Part shown: positions 10,702 through 19,913 of the stretch, piece after piece
Position numbering within the stretch: the first letter of the stretch is position 1
Layout of the letters: each line of letters begins with the position of its first letter
From: an uncultured Clostridia bacterium
GTDB taxonomy: Bacteria > Bacillota > Clostridia > Oscillospirales > Acutalibacteraceae
DNA length: 64,000 nucleotides
Direction of reading: 5' to 3'
NCBI GenBank assembly: GCA_947625785.1
Contig: CANQPS010000014.1
Span: forward strand, 11,241-75,240
The notes under the pieces: generated by a model
Database searches by the model: none
Told to the model about the DNA's origin: nothing
What the model saw: only the letters and a program-made list of their open reading frames with translations
Position numbers and translations under genes: made by a program

Positions 10702-13470
10702 TTAACTTAATATTTCAGCACAACGCTTACATAATGTAGGGTGATTAGCATTGCAGCCTACTGTTTGGCTGTAACTCCAACAACGCTCACACTTTTGACC
10801 GTCTGCGTGAGCAACTTTTATATTAAGTTCTTTGCTTTCCGTCTTAATCACCTTAACATCTGATACTATAAATACTGTTGTTAATTCCTTTTCAACAGAT
10901 TTTATAAAATCATAAAGTTCGCCGCCGCAGTAAAGTTCAATTTTAGATTCAAGTGAAGAACCTATAACTTTTTCTTTTCTTGCGATTTCAAGAGATTTTT
11001 TAACTTCATCTCTTATACTGTGTATTTTGTCCCAAGTTTCAATAAATTTTTCAGAACACTCTATGCCGGTTAAGTCCAACATTTGATTAAATAACACATT
11101 TTCTGAGTCATCAGATTTTTTATGCGGCATAAACTTCCAGATTTCATCTGATGTATATGCAAGGATAGGAGCAATCATTCTTGTCATACTATCAAGAATG
11201 ATATAAATAGTAGTTTGAGCTGCTCTTCTCAATTCACTGTCAGCATTTTCCGTATATAATCTGTCTTTCAATACATCAAGATAGAAATTAGACATATCAA
11301 CAACACAGAAGTTGTGTATGCTATGATAAACTTGATGAAATTCAAATGCATCGTAACCTGCTCTGACTTTTTTATTAAGTTCGTCAAGCTTCATCAATGC
11401 CCACTTATCTATCGGCAATAGTTTATCAAAAGATACCATATCCAAATCAGGATTAAAATCGCTTATATTACCGAGAATATATCTTGCGGTATTTCTGATT
11501 TTTCTGTATGCCTCAGACAGTTGTTTTAAAATATCCTTAGAAATTCTAATATCAGCGTGATAATCTGACGATGCAACCCAAAGTCTTAATATATCAGCAC
11601 CATATTCATTTACAATATCTGACGGTTCTATTCCGTTGCCTAATGACTTGGACATTTTTCTTCCTTCGCCGTCAACTACCCAACCGTGTGTAACAACGGC
11701 TTTATAAGGTGCTATTCCCTTTGTAGCAACAGATGTCAAAAGCGAAGATTGGAACCAACCTCTATATTGGTCTGCACCTTCAAGATATAAATCAGCAGGC
11801 CACTTCAAATAAGGTCTTGTTTCGCACACTGCTGCGTGTGTAACACCTGAATCAAACCATACGTCCATAATATCTTTTTCTTTATTAAATTCTGAACAAC
11901 CGCATTTTTTGCAGACAGTTCCCTCAGGTAAAAACTCCTTAGCATCTTTTACATACCAAGCGTCAGAACCCTCGGCTCTAAATACATCAGATACGGCCAT
12001 CATAGCAGTTTTATCAATTAAAGGTTCGTTACATTCTTTACAGAAGAATATCGGAATAGGAACACCCCATTTTCTTTGACGAGATATGCACCAATCTTTA
12101 CGGTCACGAACCATTGATATAATTCTGTCTTCTCCCCAGCTTGGTATCCACTTAACATTTTTAATAGCCTCGACCGCCTGTTCCTTAAAATCTTCAACAG
12201 AACAGAACCATTGTTCAGTAGCTCTAAACAATACCGGTTGCTTACAACGCCAACAGTGAGGATACTGGTGGATAATTTTCTGTAATGCAAATAAATTACC
12301 TGTTTTTTCAAGATGTTCGGCAATAGGCTTATTAGCATCACCTGTTTTTAAGCCGGCAAATTGTCCTGCCTCATCAGTAAGTCTGCCATCTGCGTCAACA
12401 GGGACTATTACAGGAATTTCCGGATAATTCTGACATACATCATAGTCCTCTACACCGTGGCCGGGAGCTGTATGTACACAACCTGTACCACTTTCAAGAG
12501 TAACGTGATTACCAACAATCACAACAGATTCTCGGTCAAGGAAAGGGTGAGCCGTTTTCATATATTCAAAGTCCGAACCTTTGAAAGTTGCTACGACTTC
12601 ATAATTATCTTTTCCGGCAGTTTTCATAACATTTTGATATAATTCTTCTGCCATAATATAGTATTCATCGCTGCATTTTATAACTGAATAATCAAATGAA
12701 GGTCCTACACAAATTGCAACATTAGCAGGTAAAGTCCACGTTGTTGTCGTCCAAATTACAAAATATGCCTTCTTATAATCTATTCCCAATGATGATAAAA
12801 GACCTTTATCGTCTGTAATATTAAATTTAACATATATTGAATGACAAGGGTCTTCTGCATACTCAATTTCAGCTTCGGCAAGTGCGGTTTTACAGTCAGC
12901 ACACCAATAAACAGGCTTTAATCCTTTATAAATATACCCCTTACAAGCCATCTCTGAGAAAATTTCAATTTGCTTTGCCTCAAATTCGTGTAATAATGTA
13001 ATATATGGATTATTCCATTCACCTATACAGCCAAGTCTTTTAAACTGATTTCTTTGGTCATCAATATAACCCTGTGCAAATTCACGGCAAATTTCTCTTA
13101 ATTTAATATCTGAAATTGTTGTAGAATTATCAACGCCAGCCTTTGCTCTTGCCTTTAACTCGGTTGGAAGTCCGTGAGTATCCCAACCCGGCACAAAAGG
13201 TGCTTTAAAACCTGTCATATTCTTATATCTTACAATAAAATCTTTAAGCACTTTGTTAAGAGCTGTTCCAAGGTGAATATTGCCATTAGCATAAGGAGGC
13301 CCATCGTGGAGTACATAAAGTAATTTATTATCATTTTTTTTCATTAACTTTCCATAAATATCAGAATCCTCCCAATTTTTAAGAGTTTCAGGTTCAGTTT
13401 TTGGCAAACCTGCTCTCATAGGAAAATCTGTTTTTGGTAGATTAAGAGTTAAATTATAATCCTGTGCCAT
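10702..13470 (-). CDS. ileS: Isoleucine--tRNA ligase
   Basis: 922 aa with HIGH-type and KMSKSLGN motifs and C-terminal Zn-binding cysteines. Confidence 0.96.
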   Translation of the reverse strand: MAQDYNLTLNLPKTDFPMRAGLPKTEPETLKNWEDSDIYGKLMKKNDNKLLYVLHDGPPYANGNIHLGTALNKVLKDFIVRYKNMTGFKAPFVPGWDTHGLPTELKARAKAGVDNSTTISDIKLREICREFAQGYIDDQRNQFKRLGCIGEWNNPYITLLHEFEAKQIEIFSEMACKGYIYKGLKPVYWCADCKTALAEAEIEYAEDPCHSIYVKFNITDDKGLLSSLGIDYKKAYFVIWTTTTWTLPANVAICVGPSFDYSVIKCSDEYYIMAEELYQNVMKTAGKDNYEVVATFKGSDFEYMKTAHPFLDRESVVIVGNHVTLESGTGCVHTAPGHGVEDYDVCQNYPEIPVIVPVDADGRLTDEAGQFAGLKTGDANKPIAEHLEKTGNLFALQKIIHQYPHCWRCKQPVLFRATEQWFCSVEDFKEQAVEAIKNVKWIPSWGEDRIISMVRDRKDWCISRQRKWGVPIPIFFCKECNEPLIDKTAMMAVSDVFRAEGSDAWYVKDAKEFLPEGTVCKKCGCSEFNKEKDIMDVWFDSGVTHAAVCETRPYLKWPADLYLEGADQYRGWFQSSLLTSVATKGIAPYKAVVTHGWVVDGEGRKMSKSLGNGIEPSDIVNEYGADILRLWVASSDYHADIRISKDILKQLSEAYRKIRNTARYILGNISDFNPDLDMVSFDKLLPIDKWALMKLDELNKKVRAGYDAFEFHQVYHSIHNFCVVDMSNFYLDVLKDRLYTENADSELRRAAQTTIYIILDSMTRMIAPILAYTSDEIWKFMPHKKSDDSENVLFNQMLDLTGIECSEKFIETWDKIHSIRDEVKKSLEIARKEKVIGSSLESKIELYCGGELYDFIKSVEKELTTVFIVSDVKVIKTESKELNIKVAHADGQKCERCWSYSQTVGCNANHPTLCKRCAEILS

Positions 13471-13485
13471 AAAAAATCTATCTCC

Positions 13486-14289
13486 TTAATTTTTATCTTT
13501 AAAATTTAATTCGCCGTAATCCACTTCATTTTTATCTTCGGAAATAGGCTTACTAATTATATTGCTCTCATCATCAACATTTGCAGCATCTGTATTACTT
13601 TCTGATGCAGCAGTATTGCTGTCAATTGATTTTGTAGATTCAGGATAATCATATACTGTATAAGGTGTAACATCAATAGGTGTAACATAATCAGGCAAAA
13701 CATATTTTTCGTTTAAATCATTTATAGCGTTTTCAGCTTGTTCTTTATTTGGTAATGAATCAATTAACTTTATATGATTTTTATATTCTCTCATTATGTT
13801 TGCTCTGAAAGAAGCTATTTCTCTTTCCAATGATATAAGTAAATCCTTATTATCTTTAATTGCAATATTTGCTTCATAAACAATATTTTCTGCTTTTTCA
13901 TTAGCCTCCATAACTAATTCTTTTGCTCTTAAGGTAGCATTTTTAAGCAAATTATCGGCCTTTTCCTTAGCTTCTTTAAGCATAGCATCTGACTTAGTTG
14001 TCGCATCATTCATCAATGCGGCAGCTTTTTCCTTAGCCTCTTTAACCGCCGCCTCTGCTATCTTCTGAGCACTTAACATAGCAATACCAACTGCATCTTC
14101 TGATGCCTTATATTGTTCTACTTTTTTAATTAATTGTTCTGATTTTTTTAATAGAACTATTTTTTCACTTGTAAGTTTATTTACAGTTTCCACTATATCA
14201 TCTATAAACTTGTCTACATCTTCCGTTCTATATCCATTAAAACTTGCCTTACGAAAACTTATAGCTTTTATTTCATCTAATGTCAGCAT
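13486..14289 (-). CDS. divIVA: Cell division protein DivIVA
   Basis: It has the MLTLDEIKAISFRKASFNGYRTEDVDKFIDDI N-terminal domain and a coiled-coil body. It sits in the conserved position before ileS. Confidence 0.9.
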   Translation of the reverse strand: MLTLDEIKAISFRKASFNGYRTEDVDKFIDDIVETVNKLTSEKIVLLKKSEQLIKKVEQYKASEDAVGIAMLSAQKIAEAAVKEAKEKAAALMNDATTKSDAMLKEAKEKADNLLKNATLRAKELVMEANEKAENIVYEANIAIKDNKDLLISLEREIASFRANIMREYKNHIKLIDSLPNKEQAENAINDLNEKYVLPDYVTPIDVTPYTVYDYPESTKSIDSNTAASESNTDAANVDDESNIISKPISEDKNEVDYGELNFKDKN

Positions 14290-14332
14290 TATTGACAGCC
14301 CTCCATATATAAATACAACTTTTTATAAAAAA

Positions 14333-14875
14333 TTATTGTTGTATTTCTATCGTGCCGCTATCATTATTAGCGGCAATATTTGCAAGTTCACTTGCCAAAG
14401 CATCTCCGATTACCTCAACATCTCTTGGAGTTACAATATATGTATTCATAGCTATTTTATTGATTTGACCCTCAAGAGCATACGCAACCCCTGAAATAAA
14501 ATCAATTATTCTTCTTGACATTTCTTTTGTTGTATCTTCAAGATTTACTAAAACAATATCTCCGCTTTTTAGAACTGCTGCCATTTCTGATAGAACTGTA
14601 TCATATGCCAATGGCTTAAATAAGACAACCTTTATTCTTTTAGGTTCTTCAGTAGGAGGAACAGGAGCGACAAAACTCTCAGCACCTACATCATTACCTT
14701 CAAAATTTTCTTCCGTATCTGCATCATTGTCTCCGTTTATATCAACAAAGCCCTCTTCTCCGCCATTATCCTCGTAATAGCTAACATCGTAATTATCCTC
14801 GTCAGGATTACCCATTATATTATGTGTCATACTTTTAAATCTATCAAACAATCTTGCCATAATTACAACCTCCAA
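14333..14875 (-). CDS. sepF: Cell division protein SepF
   Basis: The C-terminal SepF/DUF552 domain reads KVVLFKPLAYDTVLSEMAAVLKSGDIVLVNLE. Confidence 0.85.
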   Translation of the reverse strand: MEVVIMARLFDRFKSMTHNIMGNPDEDNYDVSYYEDNGGEEGFVDINGDNDADTEENFEGNDVGAESFVAPVPPTEEPKRIKVVLFKPLAYDTVLSEMAAVLKSGDIVLVNLEDTTKEMSRRIIDFISGVAYALEGQINKIAMNTYIVTPRDVEVIGDALASELANIAANNDSGTIEIQQ

Positions 14876-14881
14876 AAAATT

Positions 14882-15637
14882 TTACTTATTTATATATTGT
14901 CTTGCCCCATAAAGAGAAGAGCCTATTCTAACCATATTAGCACCACTCTTAATAGCCTCCTGATAATCATTAGACATACCCATAGATAAATAACACATAT
15001 TTATATTATCTATTTTTTTACTTGATATGTCAATAAATAGTTTATTCATCTTGTCAAAATATTTATAAATTTCGTTATTATTGCTGCAAATTGGAGGAAT
15101 TGTCATCAAACCCTCTACCTTTATATTATCAAGTGCAGATACCTGATATAAAAGTTCTTCAACAGTTTCAGGAGTAGTGCCTGATTTACTTTCTTCACCG
15201 CCAATATTTACTTCTATCAATATTTTTGTGGTAAGATTTTTTTGTACAGAAATTTTACTTATTTCTTGTGCGAGCTTCAAACTATCTACCGATTGTATCA
15301 TATCTACTTTACCGACAATTTGTTTTACTTTATTAGTTTGCAAATGGCCTATAAGATGAGCCTTACAATTATCTAAGTTATATTGTTCGTATTTACTCAA
15401 AAATTCCTGAACTTTATTTTCCCCTATATACTTTAATCCAAGCGAAATACTATAATTTATTATTTCAACAGGAACTGTTTTAGTTGCTGCAAGAAATATA
15501 ATATCATCTGCCGTTTTACCTACTGATTGAGCTGATTTAGCAATATTTTCTTGTATTTCAAAGAAATTTCTTTTTACCTGTTCAAGTTTTTCATTGTCTG
15601 CCTCAATGTTATTAACTTTTGATAACTTTTCCGTCAT
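14882..15637 (-). CDS. yggS: YggS/YlmE-family pyridoxal-phosphate homeostasis protein
   Basis: It has an alanine-racemase-N-like fold (ATKTVP...HLIGHLQTNKVK...MGMSNDY). Its position between sepF and an ylmD-position gene is conserved. Confidence 0.85.
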   Translation of the reverse strand: MTEKLSKVNNIEADNEKLEQVKRNFFEIQENIAKSAQSVGKTADDIIFLAATKTVPVEIINYSISLGLKYIGENKVQEFLSKYEQYNLDNCKAHLIGHLQTNKVKQIVGKVDMIQSVDSLKLAQEISKISVQKNLTTKILIEVNIGGEESKSGTTPETVEELLYQVSALDNIKVEGLMTIPPICSNNNEIYKYFDKMNKLFIDISSKKIDNINMCYLSMGMSNDYQEAIKSGANMVRIGSSLYGARQYINK

Positions 15638-16919
15638 ATAAATCTGTACCCCCTATGACAATCTTATCGTATAAAGTAACAGTATTCTTTGTGAGAATAC
15701 CGGCTTTTTCTATTTTTTTGGCATCTGCCTCACAAATTACAAAATTTTCATCTGTGTATATAGGCAATATCTGTTTAAAAACAAGTTGATTTTTATATAA
15801 AACATATACACCCGGTACATTTTTAATTTTTTGGACATAATTTCCATTATTGTCTATTTCTAAACAAAGTATATTTTCATTATGTATAGCTTTTTTGCTT
15901 ACTTTAATTCCCGTATATGTTTTGAAATTTATTTTAACTGTTTCCATTCTTGCATTTATAATTATATCGTTCATATATGAACTTTTTACTATAAGTACGG
16001 CGTCAGAAGTTTTTGTTTCCTGATTAATAGAATATATTTCCGCCGGAATATCATAAAGTCCGATAGCCGAAATTGATAATGTTATGCCTGTATCTAATGA
16101 TTTAATTTCTAAAGCTTCTTCTGCTGAGATATTAAAGGCAACATACCATTCTAACCCTGTCATAACTTTACCAACGACATTACTTTCTATATTTTTAGGA
16201 GTAATTTTATCGAAATTCAAATCGTCCGGCAAAATATTTTTAATATCCTTCGTTGTAAATATTCCCTCATATCCGTCAGTACTTGATGAAAAATAACCTG
16301 CTGAATTTGAAACTATTGATGATGTACTATTTGAAAAACTATTTAATAATCCTTTTTTTTCATTTTGAAGTTCTGATATTCTAAATGAAAAATCAGGATT
16401 TTTTCCTGTTACAATTTGTTTTTCGCTTATCAAATATAAAAGATTTTCTTTATTATTATTAATTTTAGAGTAATCTTCTGATTTTACATTTAAAATCATA
16501 TTTTGTATTTCTTGTGATATATTTTTATCAACTGAATCCACACTCGCAAAAAAGCTATCTGATAATCTTAATAACTCATTTAGCTTTAACAATTCACTGT
16601 TTATATTTTCTACTCTTTTTTCAGTAACAACATCATTTGCATTTTCATAAGTTTTTATCAGGACACCGCCACTATTTATATGTTCGCCGTCTTCAATCTG
16701 ATAGGATAAAATATCATATTCATTTGCCTGATTTATAATTAATTCCTCGTCACGAATAAAATAACCTGTTCTTGTTAATGAGTCAGATGCTGTTATAGTA
16801 TTTGCGACCTCTGTATCTATTGACGAGAAATTTGACCTATATATCTGAGAGCCTATATATACTAACACAAGTATAGATATGAGCATCATTATAAATTTTC
16901 TCACAAATCCATTTTTCAT
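15612..16919 (-). CDS. Membrane-anchored protein with an HlyD-like C-terminal beta domain. Function unknown.
   Basis: It has a single N-terminal TM and a C-terminus (ILTKNTVTLYDKIVIGGTDLYDGKVI) that resembles the membrane-fusion-protein barrel. Confidence 0.4.
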   Translation of the reverse strand: MKNGFVRKFIMMLISILVLVYIGSQIYRSNFSSIDTEVANTITASDSLTRTGYFIRDEELIINQANEYDILSYQIEDGEHINSGGVLIKTYENANDVVTEKRVENINSELLKLNELLRLSDSFFASVDSVDKNISQEIQNMILNVKSEDYSKINNNKENLLYLISEKQIVTGKNPDFSFRISELQNEKKGLLNSFSNSTSSIVSNSAGYFSSSTDGYEGIFTTKDIKNILPDDLNFDKITPKNIESNVVGKVMTGLEWYVAFNISAEEALEIKSLDTGITLSISAIGLYDIPAEIYSINQETKTSDAVLIVKSSYMNDIIINARMETVKINFKTYTGIKVSKKAIHNENILCLEIDNNGNYVQKIKNVPGVYVLYKNQLVFKQILPIYTDENFVICEADAKKIEKAGILTKNTVTLYDKIVIGGTDLYDGKVIKS

Positions 16920-16976
16920 AAATCAACCCCCTGTTTATATCCTTAAACAGCTAAAAATTATCTCTGTGTCATTATA

Positions 16977-17957
16977 TCACAAAATATTGTTTTCTTCTAT
17001 AATATCCATAGATTTTTTTAATATTTCTTCATAATTTCCATATTCATCGACATTAATCCAATTTATATTACTAATTTTTCTAAACCAAGTTAATTGTCTT
17101 TTCGCATATCGTCTTGTTTCCATTTTTAATTTATCGACAGCCTGTTCAAATGTTACTTCACCTTTTAAATACGGTACTAATTCTTTATATCCTATTGCAC
17201 TCATAGCATTTTTACAGTAATTTTGGGATAATACAAATTTTGTTTCCTCTAAAAGACCTTTTTGCAGCATCATATCAACGCGTTCATTTATACGATTATA
17301 TAAATTCTGTCTGTTTGAATAATTAAGTCCGATAACCAGTGATTTATATGGTGATGGTATTGATTTTGATTTTTCTATCTGTTCGCTCATTGTAACACCT
17401 GTGGTTTCATATATCTCAAAAGCTCTTATAATTCTTTTTGTATTAGACGGCAATAGTGTTTGTGCTGTTTTGGGGTCAAACCTTTTCAATTCATTTAATA
17501 AATTTTCTGCACCTTCGTTTTCTAAACGCTTTTTTAGACGCTCACGCAGTGCATAATCTGTTTCTCCCTCCGTAAATTGTACATTATCCAATATAGATGA
17601 TATATAAAGACCTGTTCCACCAACTAATATAGGTAATTTGCCTCTATTATATATTTCTTGGATTTTTTCTCTTGTCATCTTGACATATTCTGCTACACTA
17701 AAACTTTCATAAGGTGATAAGAAATTCATTAAATGATGAGGAATACCATTCATTTCAGATACAGTCGGTTTTGCTGTTGCTATATCCATACCTTTGTAAA
17801 TTTGCATAGAATCTGCCGATATAATTTCACCGTCTAATTTCTTAGCCAATATAATAGATAAACCTGTTTTTCCTGACGCAGTTGCACCAACTATTACAAT
17901 TAAAGGAATTTTATTATTAATCTCCAAAATATCACACCCTAAAAAATTGTTTTTCAA
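16977..17957 (-). CDS. miaA: tRNA dimethylallyltransferase
   Basis: It has the P-loop IVIVGATASGKTGLSI plus SADSMQIYKGMDIATAKP. Confidence 0.93.
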   Translation of the reverse strand: MKNNFLGCDILEINNKIPLIVIVGATASGKTGLSIILAKKLDGEIISADSMQIYKGMDIATAKPTVSEMNGIPHHLMNFLSPYESFSVAEYVKMTREKIQEIYNRGKLPILVGGTGLYISSILDNVQFTEGETDYALRERLKKRLENEGAENLLNELKRFDPKTAQTLLPSNTKRIIRAFEIYETTGVTMSEQIEKSKSIPSPYKSLVIGLNYSNRQNLYNRINERVDMMLQKGLLEETKFVLSQNYCKNAMSAIGYKELVPYLKGEVTFEQAVDKLKMETRRYAKRQLTWFRKISNINWINVDEYGNYEEILKKSMDIIEENNIL

Positions 17958-19851
17958 GTTCTTTTTTTGTAATTATAAATGAAACCGGTCTTCCGTGCGG
18001 ACAATATCTTAATGTTGTATCCTTCTGGATTTTTAAAGCTATATCAATAAGTTCTTTTGCAGTACTCTTATTACCGCCTTTTACGGCACTTCTACAAGCT
18101 ATATTCGCAAAAAACCAATCAACTTTTTCAGTATTAAGGTCTTTGCGATTTTCCATAAGAAATGTTATAACCTCCATTAATGTATCAACAATATCCATAT
18201 TTCTAAGATATTCCGGTGCAGAACGCACTATTATTGTTCCAACTCCAAAATCATCTATCTCATATCCTAATCTATGCAGCTCTTTTTTATTAGATAAAAC
18301 CGTATCATACTCAATTTTATCTAATGTTAATGTTATTGGTTCAATTAAATATTGTGCAAGACATTCATCTTGTGTTGCTCTTAATTTTTCGTATAAAATT
18401 CTTTCGTGAGCTGCGTGTTTATCAATGAGCATTAGTTTATCTGTTCCATATTCAACTATTATATATGTATCAAATGCTTCACCTACATATTTTATTGCGG
18501 TATTTTCTTCTTTTTTAGATATTTCTTCCTTGAAAACAATATTACTTCTATCAGGCTCTTTTGCTTTTGATTGAACAGGAGGCTCAATATTTTTAATAAC
18601 TTCTTGCTTCTTTTTTTCGGTTTCCAATATAGGTTCTTTAACAGAAGATTTTACGGTTTCTTTTACAACAGAAATATCTTGTTTTTTGTTATTAACCTTT
18701 TCTTCATTTTTTGAAATGCCAAATGTCGATTTTGGAGGTGTATATACAATAACATTCTCATTATTAGTATCAGTCATTTTAATTTGCTTATATTCGGAAT
18801 TTGCAAATCCGTCTACCATCTGAATAGGTGTAGTTTTACCAAGTTCAATCTCTAACGGATTATTATTTTTCATCAATGCTGATTTAACAGCGTGATATAT
18901 AGCATCAAAAATTGTTTTTTCGTCCGTAAATCTTATTTCCAACTTTGCAGGGTGTACATTAACATCTGTATCACTGCAAGCCATCAATATGTTTAAGAAA
19001 CATACAGGAAATCTTCCCACAGGTATAGTATGTCTGAAAGCCTCCTCAACTGCGACACTTCCCGTCTGGGTTTTAACAAATCGTCCATTTATAAAAAATA
19101 ACTCCTTAACTCTATTGGCAACTGCTTTTTCGGGCTTTGAAATATACCCTTTTACCGATATATCTTTAAATTTATAATCAACCGGTATAAGATTATCTGT
19201 TATACTTTTTCCAAAGACCGCATATATAGCCTGTAATAAATCGCCTTTGCCTGATGTTTTCAATTCCGGTCTGCCATCTCTAATAAAATTAAATGCAATT
19301 TCCGGATGAGAAATTGCCATTTTATCTATTATAGATGCCACCGCATTTGCCTCTGAAATATCTTTTTTCAAAAACTTCATTCGTGCCGGTACATTATAAA
19401 ATAAATCTCTGACAATTATTGTAGTACCCTTTGGACAGCCTGTATCTTCGAGAGATACCTCTTTACCACCATATATCGAATATTTATTTCCGCATATATT
19501 ATCATCACATTTTGTTATAACTTCAACTTTTGATACTGCACAAATAGATGCCAGTGCTTCTCCTCTAAACCCTAATGTCAGAATACTGTTTAAATCATCT
19601 TTTGATTTTACTTTACTTGTTGCGTGTCGCAAAAATGCTTTAGGTAAATCGTCTTTTTCTATACCACAGCCATTATCTGTTACTCTTATAAAAGATATGC
19701 CCCCGTGTTGTATCTCAACGGTTATCATTGTAGCACCTGCATCTATTGAATTTTCAACTAATTCTTTTATCACAGATAATGGTCTTTCAATAACTTCGCC
19801 TGCTGCTATTAATTCGGATATACTTTTATCAAGCACATTTATTTTAGCCAC
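17932..19851 (-). CDS. mutL: DNA mismatch repair protein MutL (GTG start)
   Basis: It has the GHKL ATPase motif ELVENSIDAGATMITVEI. aaggagg lies upstream of the GTG. Confidence 0.95.
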   Translation of the reverse strand: MAKINVLDKSISELIAAGEVIERPLSVIKELVENSIDAGATMITVEIQHGGISFIRVTDNGCGIEKDDLPKAFLRHATSKVKSKDDLNSILTLGFRGEALASICAVSKVEVITKCDDNICGNKYSIYGGKEVSLEDTGCPKGTTIIVRDLFYNVPARMKFLKKDISEANAVASIIDKMAISHPEIAFNFIRDGRPELKTSGKGDLLQAIYAVFGKSITDNLIPVDYKFKDISVKGYISKPEKAVANRVKELFFINGRFVKTQTGSVAVEEAFRHTIPVGRFPVCFLNILMACSDTDVNVHPAKLEIRFTDEKTIFDAIYHAVKSALMKNNNPLEIELGKTTPIQMVDGFANSEYKQIKMTDTNNENVIVYTPPKSTFGISKNEEKVNNKKQDISVVKETVKSSVKEPILETEKKKQEVIKNIEPPVQSKAKEPDRSNIVFKEEISKKEENTAIKYVGEAFDTYIIVEYGTDKLMLIDKHAAHERILYEKLRATQDECLAQYLIEPITLTLDKIEYDTVLSNKKELHRLGYEIDDFGVGTIIVRSAPEYLRNMDIVDTLMEVITFLMENRKDLNTEKVDWFFANIACRSAVKGGNKSTAKELIDIALKIQKDTTLRYCPHGRPVSFIITKKELEKQFFRV

Positions 19852-19913
19852 TATATATACACCTCCTTATATTTATTAATGGGCGAACTAAGTCCGCCCT
19901 TAAATGACATATA

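Noticed and set aside
13471-13485. Expected T-box leader upstream of ileS
   Set aside because: Only 15 nt separate ileS from divIVA, so there is no room for a T-box. ileS appears to be co-transcribed with the division genes.
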